32,000 bases of DNA from Xylanibacter ruminicola 23 (GTDB lineage: Bacteria; Bacteroidota; Bacteroidia; Bacteroidales; Bacteroidaceae). The position numbers were made by a program, and so were the translations under genes. Location: assembly GCF_000025925.1 (NCBI RefSeq), contig NC_014033.1:3000001-3032000 (forward strand), written 5' to 3'. Below are positions 17,773 through 26,518 of the stretch, one piece after another. Within the stretch, counting starts at the first letter, position 1, and every line of letters starts with the position of its first letter. The notes beneath the pieces were generated by a model. It was given only the letters and a program-made list of their open reading frames with translations, ran no database searches and was not told the origin of the DNA.

Positions 17773-17795
17773 ATAAATACTTATATAATAAACTT

Positions 17796-19280
17796 ATGCT
17801 TCGTAAAATCAGAACCATCCTTGCAGCGGTGATGTTTGTACTGATCACCCTGCTGTTCCTCGACTTTACAGGAACGTTGCACCATTGGCTTTCATGGTGT
17901 GCCAAGATTCAGTTCTTGCCCGCAGTGATGGCACTCAATGTGGTAGTGGTAGCGGCATTTTTGATTATTACACTTATTTGTGGCCGCACTTACTGCTCTA
18001 TCATCTGTCCTATGGGCGTATTTCAGGACATACTAGCCCGACTGAACAGAAAAAAGAACAAATACAGCTATTCGAAAGAGGTTCGCTGGTTGCGTTACCC
18101 AGTACTTGTGGTATTTATCATTGCAGGTGTAGCTGGCATCGGCTCTATATTCCAGTTGTTAGCTCCTTATAGCAGCTACGGACGTATCGCCACCATGATA
18201 TTCCAGCCCGTTTGGAAGATGGGTAACAACATCTTAGCCGAACTGGCTGAGCGCGCCGATAGCTATGCTTTCTACAGCGTTGATACATGGATGCGCTCAA
18301 TGCCTGTATTCGTGATTGCTGCTGTTACCCTGGTAGTAATATTTATCTTGGCTTGGCGAGGCGGACGTACCTATTGCAACACCATCTGCCCAGTAGGTAC
18401 CATCCTGTCTTTCTTTGCCCGTTTCTCATGGCTTAAAATCCGATTCGACGAAGATAAGTGCAAGAACTGCTCACTCTGTTCAAAGAACTGCAAAGCATCT
18501 TGTATCGATTTTAAGACACACAGTATCGACTATACCCGTTGCGTGGTTTGTGGTAACTGTATCGATAGTTGTAAGTTTGGTGCGCTGAAGTACACAGCTG
18601 CCGGCCCATCAAAAAAGACAAATAAAGCAAACGATGCCAACCCCATCAATACCTCAAAGCGCTCGTTCCTGTTGGCAACAGCCTTGGTAACTACAGCCGC
18701 TTTGGCTCAGAAAAAGAAAGAGAAGCTGATGGATGGCGGACTGGCAGAACTGGAAGATAAGGTAGCTCCTGAGCGCCAGACACCGCTCACACCTCCAGGT
18801 TCGCTCTCGTTCCAGAATCTGGCCACACGATGCACAGGCTGCCAGCTTTGTGTATCAGAGTGCCCCAACCAGGTGTTGCGTCCTAGTAGCGATTTAATGC
18901 ACCTGATGCAGCCCACCATGTCGTACGAGCACGGCTATTGTCGCCCAGAGTGTACGCGTTGCTCTGAAGTTTGTCCTGCAGGTGCCATCCAGAAGGTTGA
19001 TAAAGAAGAGAAAACAGCCATCCAGATTGGTCATGCTGTTTGGATTAAGAAGAACTGTGTTCCCATTACCGATGGGGTAGAGTGCGGCAACTGTGCACGC
19101 CACTGTCCTTCGGGTGCTATCGAAATGGTTCCACTCGATGAGAACGATGAGGAATCACCAATGGTTCCTGCAATCAACGAGGCTGCATGTATTGGCTGCG
19201 GTGCCTGCGAGTATGTTTGTCCGGCTCGTCCATTCTCAGCTATCTATGTCGAGGGACACGAAGTTCACAAGAAGATTTAA
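17796..19280 (+). CDS. Membrane polyferredoxin: a NapH-like N-terminal half fused to a NapG-like C-terminal half
   Basis: The N-terminal half has about four TM segments, two GRTYCxxxCPxG motifs (CSIICP, CNTICP) and two CxxCxxCxxxC ferredoxin motifs. It is followed by an internal SKRSFLLATALVTTAALAQ segment. The C-terminal half has four more Cys cluster motifs (CTGCQLCVSECP, CRPECTRCSEVCP, CGNCARHCP, CIGCGACEYVCP). Confidence 0.8.
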   Translation: MLRKIRTILAAVMFVLITLLFLDFTGTLHHWLSWCAKIQFLPAVMALNVVVVAAFLIITLICGRTYCSIICPMGVFQDILARLNRKKNKYSYSKEVRWLRYPVLVVFIIAGVAGIGSIFQLLAPYSSYGRIATMIFQPVWKMGNNILAELAERADSYAFYSVDTWMRSMPVFVIAAVTLVVIFILAWRGGRTYCNTICPVGTILSFFARFSWLKIRFDEDKCKNCSLCSKNCKASCIDFKTHSIDYTRCVVCGNCIDSCKFGALKYTAAGPSKKTNKANDANPINTSKRSFLLATALVTTAALAQKKKEKLMDGGLAELEDKVAPERQTPLTPPGSLSFQNLATRCTGCQLCVSECPNQVLRPSSDLMHLMQPTMSYEHGYCRPECTRCSEVCPAGAIQKVDKEEKTAIQIGHAVWIKKNCVPITDGVECGNCARHCPSGAIEMVPLDENDEESPMVPAINEAACIGCGACEYVCPARPFSAIYVEGHEVHKKI

Positions 19281-19285
19281 GGAGG
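19280..19285 (+). promoter_or_regulatory. Shine-Dalgarno-like AGGAGG 7 nt upstream of the AKR start codon
   Basis: Sequence TAAGGAGGATAATTTATG. It is the only start codon in this window preceded by a full AGGAGG. Functionality in a Bacteroidota host is uncertain. Confidence 0.3.
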
Positions 19286-19292
19286 ATAATTT

Positions 19293-20699
19293 ATGGAAAA
19301 GAAGAATATAACACGCCGTGCGTTCCTTAAGCTCTTTGGAGCAGGATCAGTAGCTACAGCCGCTACACTTGCAGGATGCAAAAGTGGCAATAAGGCAGGT
19401 AGTCAGGCAAAACAAGAATATAGGAACCAGGTTGAACCACCTGTTGGTCAGATGACCTATCGCGTTAACCCAAAGAATAAGGACAAGGTTTCTATTCTGG
19501 GCTATGGTATGATGCGCCTGCCATCTAAGGTGGATAACAGCGATGAGTTTGATCAGGACATGATTAACAAGCAAATCGATTATGCCTTGGCTCATGGTCT
19601 GAACTACATCGATACATCGCCTGTATATTGTCAGGGAAAGTCAGAGCGCTGCACAGGTATCGCCCTGAGCCGCCACAAGCGTAGCGAGTACTTTGTGGCC
19701 ACCAAACTCTCCAACTTCAACCACGACTACTGGTCATTCGAGAAGTCGAAGGAGATGTACCACAACTCTATGAAGGAGCTGCAAGTTGATTACATCGACT
19801 ACTATCTGCTGCATGCTGTAGGTGGCAGCATGGAGGAATTTAACGGGCGCTATGTGGATAATGGCATAATGGACTATCTGCTGAAGGAGCGCGAGGCAGG
19901 CCGCATTCGTAACCTGGGATTCTCGTTCCACGGTAAGCAGGAAGTGTTCGACGAGGTGCTGGCCCTCGACGAGAAGTACCATTGGGACTTTGTACAGATT
20001 GAGCTGAACTATCTGGATTGGGATTATGCCAACGAGATTAGTCAGAGCAACGTAGATGCCAGTTATCTATATGCCGAGCTGCAAAAGAAAGGCATACCTG
20101 CAGTTATTATGGAACCGCTGTTAGGAGGCCGATTGGCTAACCTCCCACAGTATCTGATGACAGAACTGAAGAGTCGCGACCCAGAGCGTAGCGTGGCATC
20201 ATGGGCTTTCCGCTATGCAGGCACCAACGAGGGCGTACTTACCGTATTGAGCGGTATGACCTATATGGAGCACCTGAAGGATAACCTGCTCTCGTACTGT
20301 CCGCTGAAACCACTTACCGAAGAGGAGATGCGATTCCTTGACAAGGATATCGCTCAGAAGATTGTAGGTCTCGAAAACATTCCTTGCAACGATTGTAAGT
20401 ACTGCATGCCTTGTCCTTACGGTGTGGATATACCAGCCATCTTTGTACACTACAACAAGTGCAAGAACGAGGGTTCGCTGCCTATGGGAGTGGGCGATGC
20501 TGAGTATCGCAAGCATCGTCGCCAGTATCTCATTTCGCTGGACCGTGTAGTTCCTCGCGATCGCCAGCCTGATCATTGCATCCAGTGCGGCCAGTGTGAG
20601 CCTCATTGTCCACAAAGCATTCGCATTCCACGCGAACTGGCAAAGATTGATGAGATGATTGAGAGCTTGAAGCGCAACCCAGAGGGCCCAGAAGTATAA
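19293..20699 (+). CDS. Aldo/keto reductase-family oxidoreductase with a Tat signal, a lipobox and a C-terminal 4Fe-4S ferredoxin domain
   Basis: The N-terminus MEKKNITRRAFLKLFGAGSVATAATLAGC carries the TRRAFLK twin-arginine consensus and the LAGC lipobox. The AKR core is recognisable (LGYGMMRLP, YIDTSPVY, DYYLLH). The C-terminus has CNDCKYCMPCP and CIQCGQCEPHCP. Confidence 0.85.
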   Translation: MEKKNITRRAFLKLFGAGSVATAATLAGCKSGNKAGSQAKQEYRNQVEPPVGQMTYRVNPKNKDKVSILGYGMMRLPSKVDNSDEFDQDMINKQIDYALAHGLNYIDTSPVYCQGKSERCTGIALSRHKRSEYFVATKLSNFNHDYWSFEKSKEMYHNSMKELQVDYIDYYLLHAVGGSMEEFNGRYVDNGIMDYLLKEREAGRIRNLGFSFHGKQEVFDEVLALDEKYHWDFVQIELNYLDWDYANEISQSNVDASYLYAELQKKGIPAVIMEPLLGGRLANLPQYLMTELKSRDPERSVASWAFRYAGTNEGVLTVLSGMTYMEHLKDNLLSYCPLKPLTEEEMRFLDKDIAQKIVGLENIPCNDCKYCMPCPYGVDIPAIFVHYNKCKNEGSLPMGVGDAEYRKHRRQYLISLDRVVPRDRQPDHCIQCGQCEPHCPQSIRIPRELAKIDEMIESLKRNPEGPEV

Positions 20700-20712
20700 A
20701 AAGTGTAGAAAA

Positions 20713-20744
20713 TTTGGTTAATTGCCTAATTTGCAGTACCTTTG
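20713..20744 (+). promoter_or_regulatory. Promoter with -33 TTTG (20713..20716) and -7 TACCTTTG (20737..20744) for ychF-lgt
   Basis: Both elements are present with a 20-nt gap, 28 nt upstream of the ATG at 20773. Confidence 0.5.
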
Positions 20745-20772
20745 CACCCGAAATAAACGTTTATAGAAGAAA

Positions 20773-21873
20773 ATGGCATTAAAATGTGGTATTGTAGGAC
20801 TGCCAAATGTGGGCAAGTCTACCTTGTTTAATTGTCTGTCGAGTGCCAAAGCTCAGGCAGCAAACTTCCCTTTTTGTACAATCGAACCCAATGTGGGTGT
20901 AATCACTGTACCTGATGAAAGACTGACCAAACTCGCTGAGTTGGTTCACCCAGGACGTATCGTTCCTGCTACCTGCGAGATTGTAGATATTGCAGGTCTC
21001 GTAAAAGGCGCCTCTAAGGGCGAAGGATTAGGCAATAAATTCCTTGGAAATATCCGCGAAACCGATGCTATCATCCACGTACTGCGTTGTTTCGAGGATG
21101 AAAATATCACTCACGTTGATGGCACTATCGACCCCATCCGCGATAAGGAGATTATCGATACAGAGCTTCAGCTGAAGGACCTTGAGACTATCGAGAGCCG
21201 CTTGGCTAAGACCGAGAAGGCCGCAGCTGCTGGTAATAAGGACGCTAAGATCGAGGCTACCGTACTACACGCTTATAAAGAGGTGCTGGAGCAGGGTAAG
21301 AATGCCCGTATCGTAGAGTTCGAAAGCAAGGACGAGCAGGATTGCGCTCGCAATCTGTTCCTGCTCACTTCAAAGCCTGTGCTTTACGTTTGTAACGTAG
21401 GCGAGACTGATGCTAAATCAGGTAATGCCTTTACCAAGAAGGTAGAGGAGCTGGCAAAGGAAGAGGGCGCAGAAACCATGGTGATTGCCGCTAAGACCGA
21501 AGAGGATATCGCTGAACTGGAGAGCTACGAGGACAAGCAGATGTTCTTGGAAGAGCTTGGCTTAGAGGAGAGTGGTGTAAACCGACTGATTAAGAAGGCT
21601 TATGCGCTGCTGAACCTCGAAACCTTTATCACCGCTGGTGAGATGGAGGTGAAGGCTTGGACCTACAAGAAGGGCTGGAAGGCTCCACAGTGTGCAGGTG
21701 TGATCCACACCGACTTTGAGAAGGGCTTTATCCGTGCCGAAGTAATCAAGTACGACGACTATATCCAGTATGGCTCTGAGGCAGCTGTACGCGAGGCTGG
21801 TAAGCTGGCCGTTGAGGGTAAGGAGTACGTAGTACAGGATGGCGACATTATGCATTTCCGCTTTAACGTATGA
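20773..21873 (+). CDS. ychF: Redox-regulated ribosome-binding ATPase YchF
   Basis: G1 motif [25 protein letters not shown], and the C-terminal TGS-like domain (KAWTYKKG...[14 protein letters not shown]). Confidence 0.95.
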   Translation: MALKCGIVGLPNVGKSTLFNCLSSAKAQAANFPFCTIEPNVGVITVPDERLTKLAELVHPGRIVPATCEIVDIAGLVKGASKGEGLGNKFLGNIRETDAIIHVLRCFEDENITHVDGTIDPIRDKEIIDTELQLKDLETIESRLAKTEKAAAAGNKDAKIEATVLHAYKEVLEQGKNARIVEFESKDEQDCARNLFLLTSKPVLYVCNVGETDAKSGNAFTKKVEELAKEEGAETMVIAAKTEEDIAELESYEDKQMFLEELGLEESGVNRLIKKAYALLNLETFITAGEMEVKAWTYKKGWKAPQCAGVIHTDFEKGFIRAEVIKYDDYIQYGSEAAVREAGKLAVEGKEYVVQDGDIMHFRFNV

Positions 21874-22724
21874 TGAATCTACTCAACTATATCCTTTGGG
21901 ATCCAAATCTGGTTGCATTTAAACTGGGCCCTTTTTCAATTCGCTGGTACGGACTGATGTGGGTCATCGGATTGGTTGTGGCCTACCTCTTGGTTCAGCG
22001 CCTCTACAAGGAGCAGAAGATTAAGGACGAATATTTTGATCCGCTCGCATTCTACTGTTTCTTCGGCATCCTGATTGGTGCTCGTCTGGGTCATTGCTTA
22101 TTCTACGAGCCCGATTATTTCCTGACTTCAAGCAAGGGAATAATTGAGATGATACTGCCTATCCGTTTTGGCGATGATGGCAGTTGGCTAGGACAAACAT
22201 TTGGCTTTCACGTCATCGGCTATGCTGGTTTGGCCTCGCATGGCGGAACTTTAGGCTTGATGATTGCCCTCTGGATGTATGTACGCAGAACCAAACTGAG
22301 CATCTGGACGGTGCTCGATAATATAGCGATTGCCACAGGTTCCACGGCCTGCTGTATCCGCTTGGGCAACCTGATGAACTCAGAGATTATCGGCAAGATT
22401 ACCGATGTACCCTGGGCATTCATCTTCGAGAAAGTTGATGCCGTTCCACGCCATCCAGGACAGTTGTACGAGGCCATCGCCTACGCCATCTTGTTTGTCA
22501 TCATGTGGACTCTGCATAAAAAGAAGCCTGAGAAGATTGGTACTGGCTGGTATTTCGGTTTCTGTCTCACCTATATCTTCACCTTCCGCTTCTTCATCGA
22601 ATACACCAAGGAGGTACAGGAGGCCTTCGAGGCATCGCTTCCCATCGATATGGGACAGATACTCTCTATTCCCTTTATCATATTGGGAACCTACTGCATG
22701 ATAAAAGCCAAGAAAAAGGCTTAA
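21870..22724 (+). CDS. lgt: Prolipoprotein diacylglyceryl transferase
   Basis: Lgt-type N-terminus ([18 protein letters not shown]), [18 protein letters not shown], and the conserved RHPGQLYEA segment. ATGA overlap with ychF. Confidence 0.9.
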   Translation: MMNLLNYILWDPNLVAFKLGPFSIRWYGLMWVIGLVVAYLLVQRLYKEQKIKDEYFDPLAFYCFFGILIGARLGHCLFYEPDYFLTSSKGIIEMILPIRFGDDGSWLGQTFGFHVIGYAGLASHGGTLGLMIALWMYVRRTKLSIWTVLDNIAIATGSTACCIRLGNLMNSEIIGKITDVPWAFIFEKVDAVPRHPGQLYEAIAYAILFVIMWTLHKKKPEKIGTGWYFGFCLTYIFTFRFFIEYTKEVQEAFEASLPIDMGQILSIPFIILGTYCMIKAKKKA

Positions 22725-22750
22725 TAAGACATTTCACTGGTTTCAAACAT

Positions 22751-22793
22751 AGAAACTGCCAGTTCCTTGCGGGGAAACTGGCAGTTTCTTTAT
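22751..22793. terminator. Hairpin between convergent lgt and mutS. It is copy B of the repeated intergenic element and may act as a bidirectional terminator.
   Basis: AGAAACTGCCAGTT (22751..22764) pairs perfectly with AACTGGCAGTTTCT (22776..22789). Two more C-G pairs follow after a 1-nt bulge. TTTATT follows on the plus strand. Confidence 0.55.
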
Positions 22794-22821
22794 TGGGAAA
22801 TAACTGTTTACGGCAAGGAAA

Positions 22822-25446
22822 CTACTTGCCAGAAACAATCTTTTTGATGTCATTCAACTTGTTGAGAGCCTCGATAGGGGTGAGGTTATTCACATCAAGG
22901 CCTAGGATTTCGTCGCGAACCTGACAGAGCACTGGGTCATCAAGCTGGAAGAAACTCAACTGCATACCCTCACGCGAACCAGCAATCTCCTTAGTAGGCT
23001 TACCGGCAGTGCCTACCTGGGCATTATCCGATTCAAGCTGCTTCAGAATCACATTAGCACGCTTTACGATGGAGCGAGGCATACCAGCAATCTCTGCTAC
23101 ATGGATACCAAACGAGTGCTCAGAACCACCACGTTCCAATTTACGCAGGAAGATAACCTTGCCATCAACCTCTTTAACTGATACATTGTAGTTCTTGATT
23201 CGAGAGAAATTCTTCTCCATCTCGTTCAACTCATGGTAGTGAGTAGCAAACAAGGTGCGAGGATGACCTTTGGCATTCTCGTGCAGATACTCTACAATCG
23301 CCCATGCTATCGAAATACCATCGTAAGTACTGGTGCCTCGACCTAACTCGTCGAAGAGTACCAGCGAGCGCGATGACACATTATTCAGGATGTTCGAAGC
23401 CTCAGTCATCTCTACCATAAAGGTTGATTCGCCCAGCGAGATATTATCGCTGGCACCTACACGGGTAAAGATTTTATCTACCAAACCGATTCTGGCGGCC
23501 TCTGCGGGCACAAAGCAACCTATCTGGGCCAGCAGCACAATCAATGCAGTTTGGCGCAGCAGGGCCGATTTACCAGCCATATTCGGACCAGTGATAATGA
23601 TAATCTGCTGACGTTCGTTGTCTAACAATATATCGTTGGGCACATAATACTCGCCAAGGGGCAGTTCCTGTTCGATTACAGGATGGCGACCTTGTCTGAT
23701 ATCAATCACCTCCGACGAATCGATTACGGGGCGTATATACTTGTTCTCCTCAGCCGCCTTGGCAAAGCTGAGCAAGCAATCCAAACGGGCAATGATATTA
23801 GCGTTTATCTGAATCTGTGGGATAAACTCCTGCATGCTCATAATCAGATCGTTGAAGAGCTTGCCCTCTAACGACAGAATCTTATCCTCAGCACCCAGAA
23901 TCTTCTCTTCGTACTCCTTCAGTTCCTGAGTGATATAGCGCTCGGCCTGGGCCAGTGTCTGCTTACGAACCCACTCGGGTGGAACCTGCTCCTTATAGGT
24001 ATTACGCACCTCGAGATAGTAGCCAAACACGTTGTTATAGCCTATCTTCAAGCTCTGGATACCAGTTTCCTGAGCCTCGCGCTCCTGTATCTTCAGCAGA
24101 TAATCCTTACCGCTATAGGCTATGCTACGCAACTCGTCGAGTTCGGCATTCACACCGTCGCGAATCACGCCACCCTTTGCCACCAGCTGTGGGGGATCGT
24201 TCTGAATCTCCTTCTCGATACGGTCGCGCAGCGATTCGCAAAGGTTCAGCTGCTCGCCAATACGGTTCAGCGTTGGGTTCTTGGCATACAAACAAGCCGT
24301 TTTAATGGGCTGAATGGCCTGCAGGGCAGTCTTGAGCTGCACCACCTCGCGAGGCGATACTCTACCAACGGCAGCCTTCGAGATAATACGCTCCAAGTCG
24401 CCAATACGATGTATCTGATCGTCGATACACTCACGGAACTCGGGCTCGCGATAGTAATACTCTACCACATCCAGTCGCTCGTTAATGGGCTTTTCATCCT
24501 TCAGAGGGAAAACCAGCCAGCGGCGCAGTAATCGGCCTCCCATTGGGCTCACCGTCTTATCAATCACATCAAGCAGTGACTTTCCATCCTCTTGCATGGG
24601 GTAAACCAACTCCAAGCTGCGGATGGTGAACTTATCCAGTCGCACGTACTTATCCTCTTCGATACGGGAGATAGAAGTGATATGTCCTATCTGAGTGTGC
24701 TGTGTCTGCTCGAGATACTGCAGAATGGCACCTGCGGCAATAACACCCGACTGCAGATGATCTACACCAAAGCCTTTCAGGTTCTTTACGTTAAAATGCT
24801 GTAATAGTTTCTGCTTACCTGTCTGATCGGTAAACACCCAATCGTCCAACTGGAACGTAAAGTATTTAGTACCAAAGTTGCGCTCAAAATCCTGTTTGCG
24901 ATTACGATCGTAAAGCACCTCTTTGGGCGAAAAGTTGCCCAGCAGTTTCTCTACATAATCGGCAGTTCCCTCACCTGTCAGAAACTCACCTGTCGAGATA
25001 TCAAGAAAAGCCACACCAAAGCTCGACTTACCAAAATGGATAGCCGCCAGGAAGTTGTTCTCCTTGTAATTCAGCACGTTATCGCTCATGGCCACACCAG
25101 GTGTAACCAACTCGGTAATGCCACGCTTAACAAGCTTTTTTGTGAGTTTGGGGTCTTCCAGCTGGTCGCAGATGGCCACACGTTTGCCAGCGCGAATCAG
25201 CTTAGGCAGATAGGTATCCAAGGCGTGATGAGGAAAACCAGCCATTTCATCGCCTTTGCCACCAGCACCGTTACTACGATGTGTTAAGGTGATACCTAAT
25301 ATCTTTGAGGCAGTAATAGCGTCTTCGCAATAGGTTTCATAAAAGTCGCCACACCTGAAAAGCATGACTGCATCTGGGTGTTTCGCCTTCAAATCAAAGA
25401 ACTGTTTCATCATAGGGGTTAGTTCTTTCCCCGCTGTTTTTGCCAT
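22822..25446 (-). CDS. mutS: DNA mismatch repair protein MutS
   Basis: 874 aa. N-terminal mismatch-binding motif [28 protein letters not shown], Walker [14 protein letters not shown], and [12 protein letters not shown]. Confidence 0.95.
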   Translation of the reverse strand: MAKTAGKELTPMMKQFFDLKAKHPDAVMLFRCGDFYETYCEDAITASKILGITLTHRSNGAGGKGDEMAGFPHHALDTYLPKLIRAGKRVAICDQLEDPKLTKKLVKRGITELVTPGVAMSDNVLNYKENNFLAAIHFGKSSFGVAFLDISTGEFLTGEGTADYVEKLLGNFSPKEVLYDRNRKQDFERNFGTKYFTFQLDDWVFTDQTGKQKLLQHFNVKNLKGFGVDHLQSGVIAAGAILQYLEQTQHTQIGHITSISRIEEDKYVRLDKFTIRSLELVYPMQEDGKSLLDVIDKTVSPMGGRLLRRWLVFPLKDEKPINERLDVVEYYYREPEFRECIDDQIHRIGDLERIISKAAVGRVSPREVVQLKTALQAIQPIKTACLYAKNPTLNRIGEQLNLCESLRDRIEKEIQNDPPQLVAKGGVIRDGVNAELDELRSIAYSGKDYLLKIQEREAQETGIQSLKIGYNNVFGYYLEVRNTYKEQVPPEWVRKQTLAQAERYITQELKEYEEKILGAEDKILSLEGKLFNDLIMSMQEFIPQIQINANIIARLDCLLSFAKAAEENKYIRPVIDSSEVIDIRQGRHPVIEQELPLGEYYVPNDILLDNERQQIIIITGPNMAGKSALLRQTALIVLLAQIGCFVPAEAARIGLVDKIFTRVGASDNISLGESTFMVEMTEASNILNNVSSRSLVLFDELGRGTSTYDGISIAWAIVEYLHENAKGHPRTLFATHYHELNEMEKNFSRIKNYNVSVKEVDGKVIFLRKLERGGSEHSFGIHVAEIAGMPRSIVKRANVILKQLESDNAQVGTAGKPTKEIAGSREGMQLSFFQLDDPVLCQVRDEILGLDVNNLTPIEALNKLNDIKKIVSGK

Positions 25447-25472
25447 AACTACCTAAATTTAAATCTGAGCGG

Positions 25473-25480
25473 CAAAGTTA
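25473..25480 (-). promoter_or_regulatory. -7 promoter box (TAACTTTG on the minus strand) for mutS
   Basis: The reverse complement of caaagtta matches TAnnTTTG, 27 nt upstream of the minus-strand ATG at 25446. Confidence 0.4.
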
Positions 25481-25542
25481 CTCCTTTTTTCGCAAACAGC
25501 AAAATTTTAGCCTTAAATAATTGTTATGTTCCCGTTTATTTG

Positions 25543-25550
25543 TATCTTTG
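25543..25550 (+). promoter_or_regulatory. -7 promoter box TATCTTTG for the LD-carboxypeptidase gene
   Basis: TAnnTTTG match only 8 nt upstream of the ATG at 25559. Confidence 0.4.
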
Positions 25551-25558
25551 CCAGCAAG

Positions 25559-26518
25559 ATGAAGAAACTCGTTATCATATCGCTGATGCTTTGCTGGATG
25601 CTGTCGCTTTCAGCCCAATTCCTAAATTCGGGCGACACCATCGCTATAATCTCGCCTTCAAGTGCAACCGATACTGCTACCATTAATGGCGGCATCCAAA
25701 CCTTAGAGAAGTGGGGCTATCCATGCATCGTGGCGCCCCATGCACTGGCCGATTATCATGGTTTTGCAGGCACTATCGATGAGCGACTTAGCGATTTGCT
25801 GTGGGCTTTACGCACACCATCCATCAAGGCCATCATGTGTTCGCGAGGCGGCGATGGAGCTGCCCATCTGCTTTCCCGTATCTCATTAGATACACTCCAG
25901 CAGTATCCAAAGATGATTATCGGATTCAGCGATGTGACGGCGTTGCTGTGTGCCCAGGCTAGGGCAGGCGTAATGGGTATTCATGGTTCGATGTGTCATG
26001 CATTGAAAACCTACGAGGGCAACGATACCGTGAGTCAGGCTTTACGAGGCATGCTTGCTGGTCATCTGCCCACCTATCGCATTGCTCCCCATCCCTTAAA
26101 CATAACAGGTAAGGCCGAGGGCATTATCGTTGGTGGTAACATGAGCGTTTTCAACAATCTGGCAGGCTCTGATTTCGATCCGCTGTTTATCGATGGAATC
26201 GTACTATTTATTGAAGATACAGGCGAGGGCATGAGTAAGGTAGACCGCATGCTGCATAACATCGAGATACGTGGCTTACAGAAACACATCCGAGCCGTTA
26301 TTGTTGGGCAGTTCAACAAATACAAACACCCCGAAAACGGTTTCGACGACATGTACGCCCTGCTCAACGAGTACCTACAGCATTGGCACATCCCCGTATG
26401 CTACAACTTTCCTGTAGGTCATGCCCACCTAAAAAACTTCCCCCTCCTAACAGGCGCCAAAGCCACATTAGAAGTAAACCCCGATGAGGTAGTGCTAGAT
26501 TACAATAATTCCCATTAG
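25559..26518 (+). CDS. LD-carboxypeptidase (peptidase S66, LdcA/MccF-like) with a predicted signal peptide
   Basis: S66 triad context: nucleophile GFSDVTAL, acidic FIEDTGE, and His in PVGHA. I chose the start at MKKLVIISLMLCWMLSLSAQ because the longer ORF from 25526 would contain the promoter box. Confidence 0.8.
   Translation: MKKLVIISLMLCWMLSLSAQFLNSGDTIAIISPSSATDTATINGGIQTLEKWGYPCIVAPHALADYHGFAGTIDERLSDLLWALRTPSIKAIMCSRGGDGAAHLLSRISLDTLQQYPKMIIGFSDVTALLCAQARAGVMGIHGSMCHALKTYEGNDTVSQALRGMLAGHLPTYRIAPHPLNITGKAEGIIVGGNMSVFNNLAGSDFDPLFIDGIVLFIEDTGEGMSKVDRMLHNIEIRGLQKHIRAVIVGQFNKYKHPENGFDDMYALLNEYLQHWHIPVCYNFPVGHAHLKNFPLLTGAKATLEVNPDEVVLDYNNSH

Noticed and set aside
25526-25558. The upstream start (MFPFICIFASK) for the LD-carboxypeptidase ORF
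   Set aside because: It would place the TATCTTTG promoter box inside the CDS and put 11 residues in front of an otherwise canonical signal peptide. ATG 25559 is preferred, but this remains uncertain without transcription start site data.
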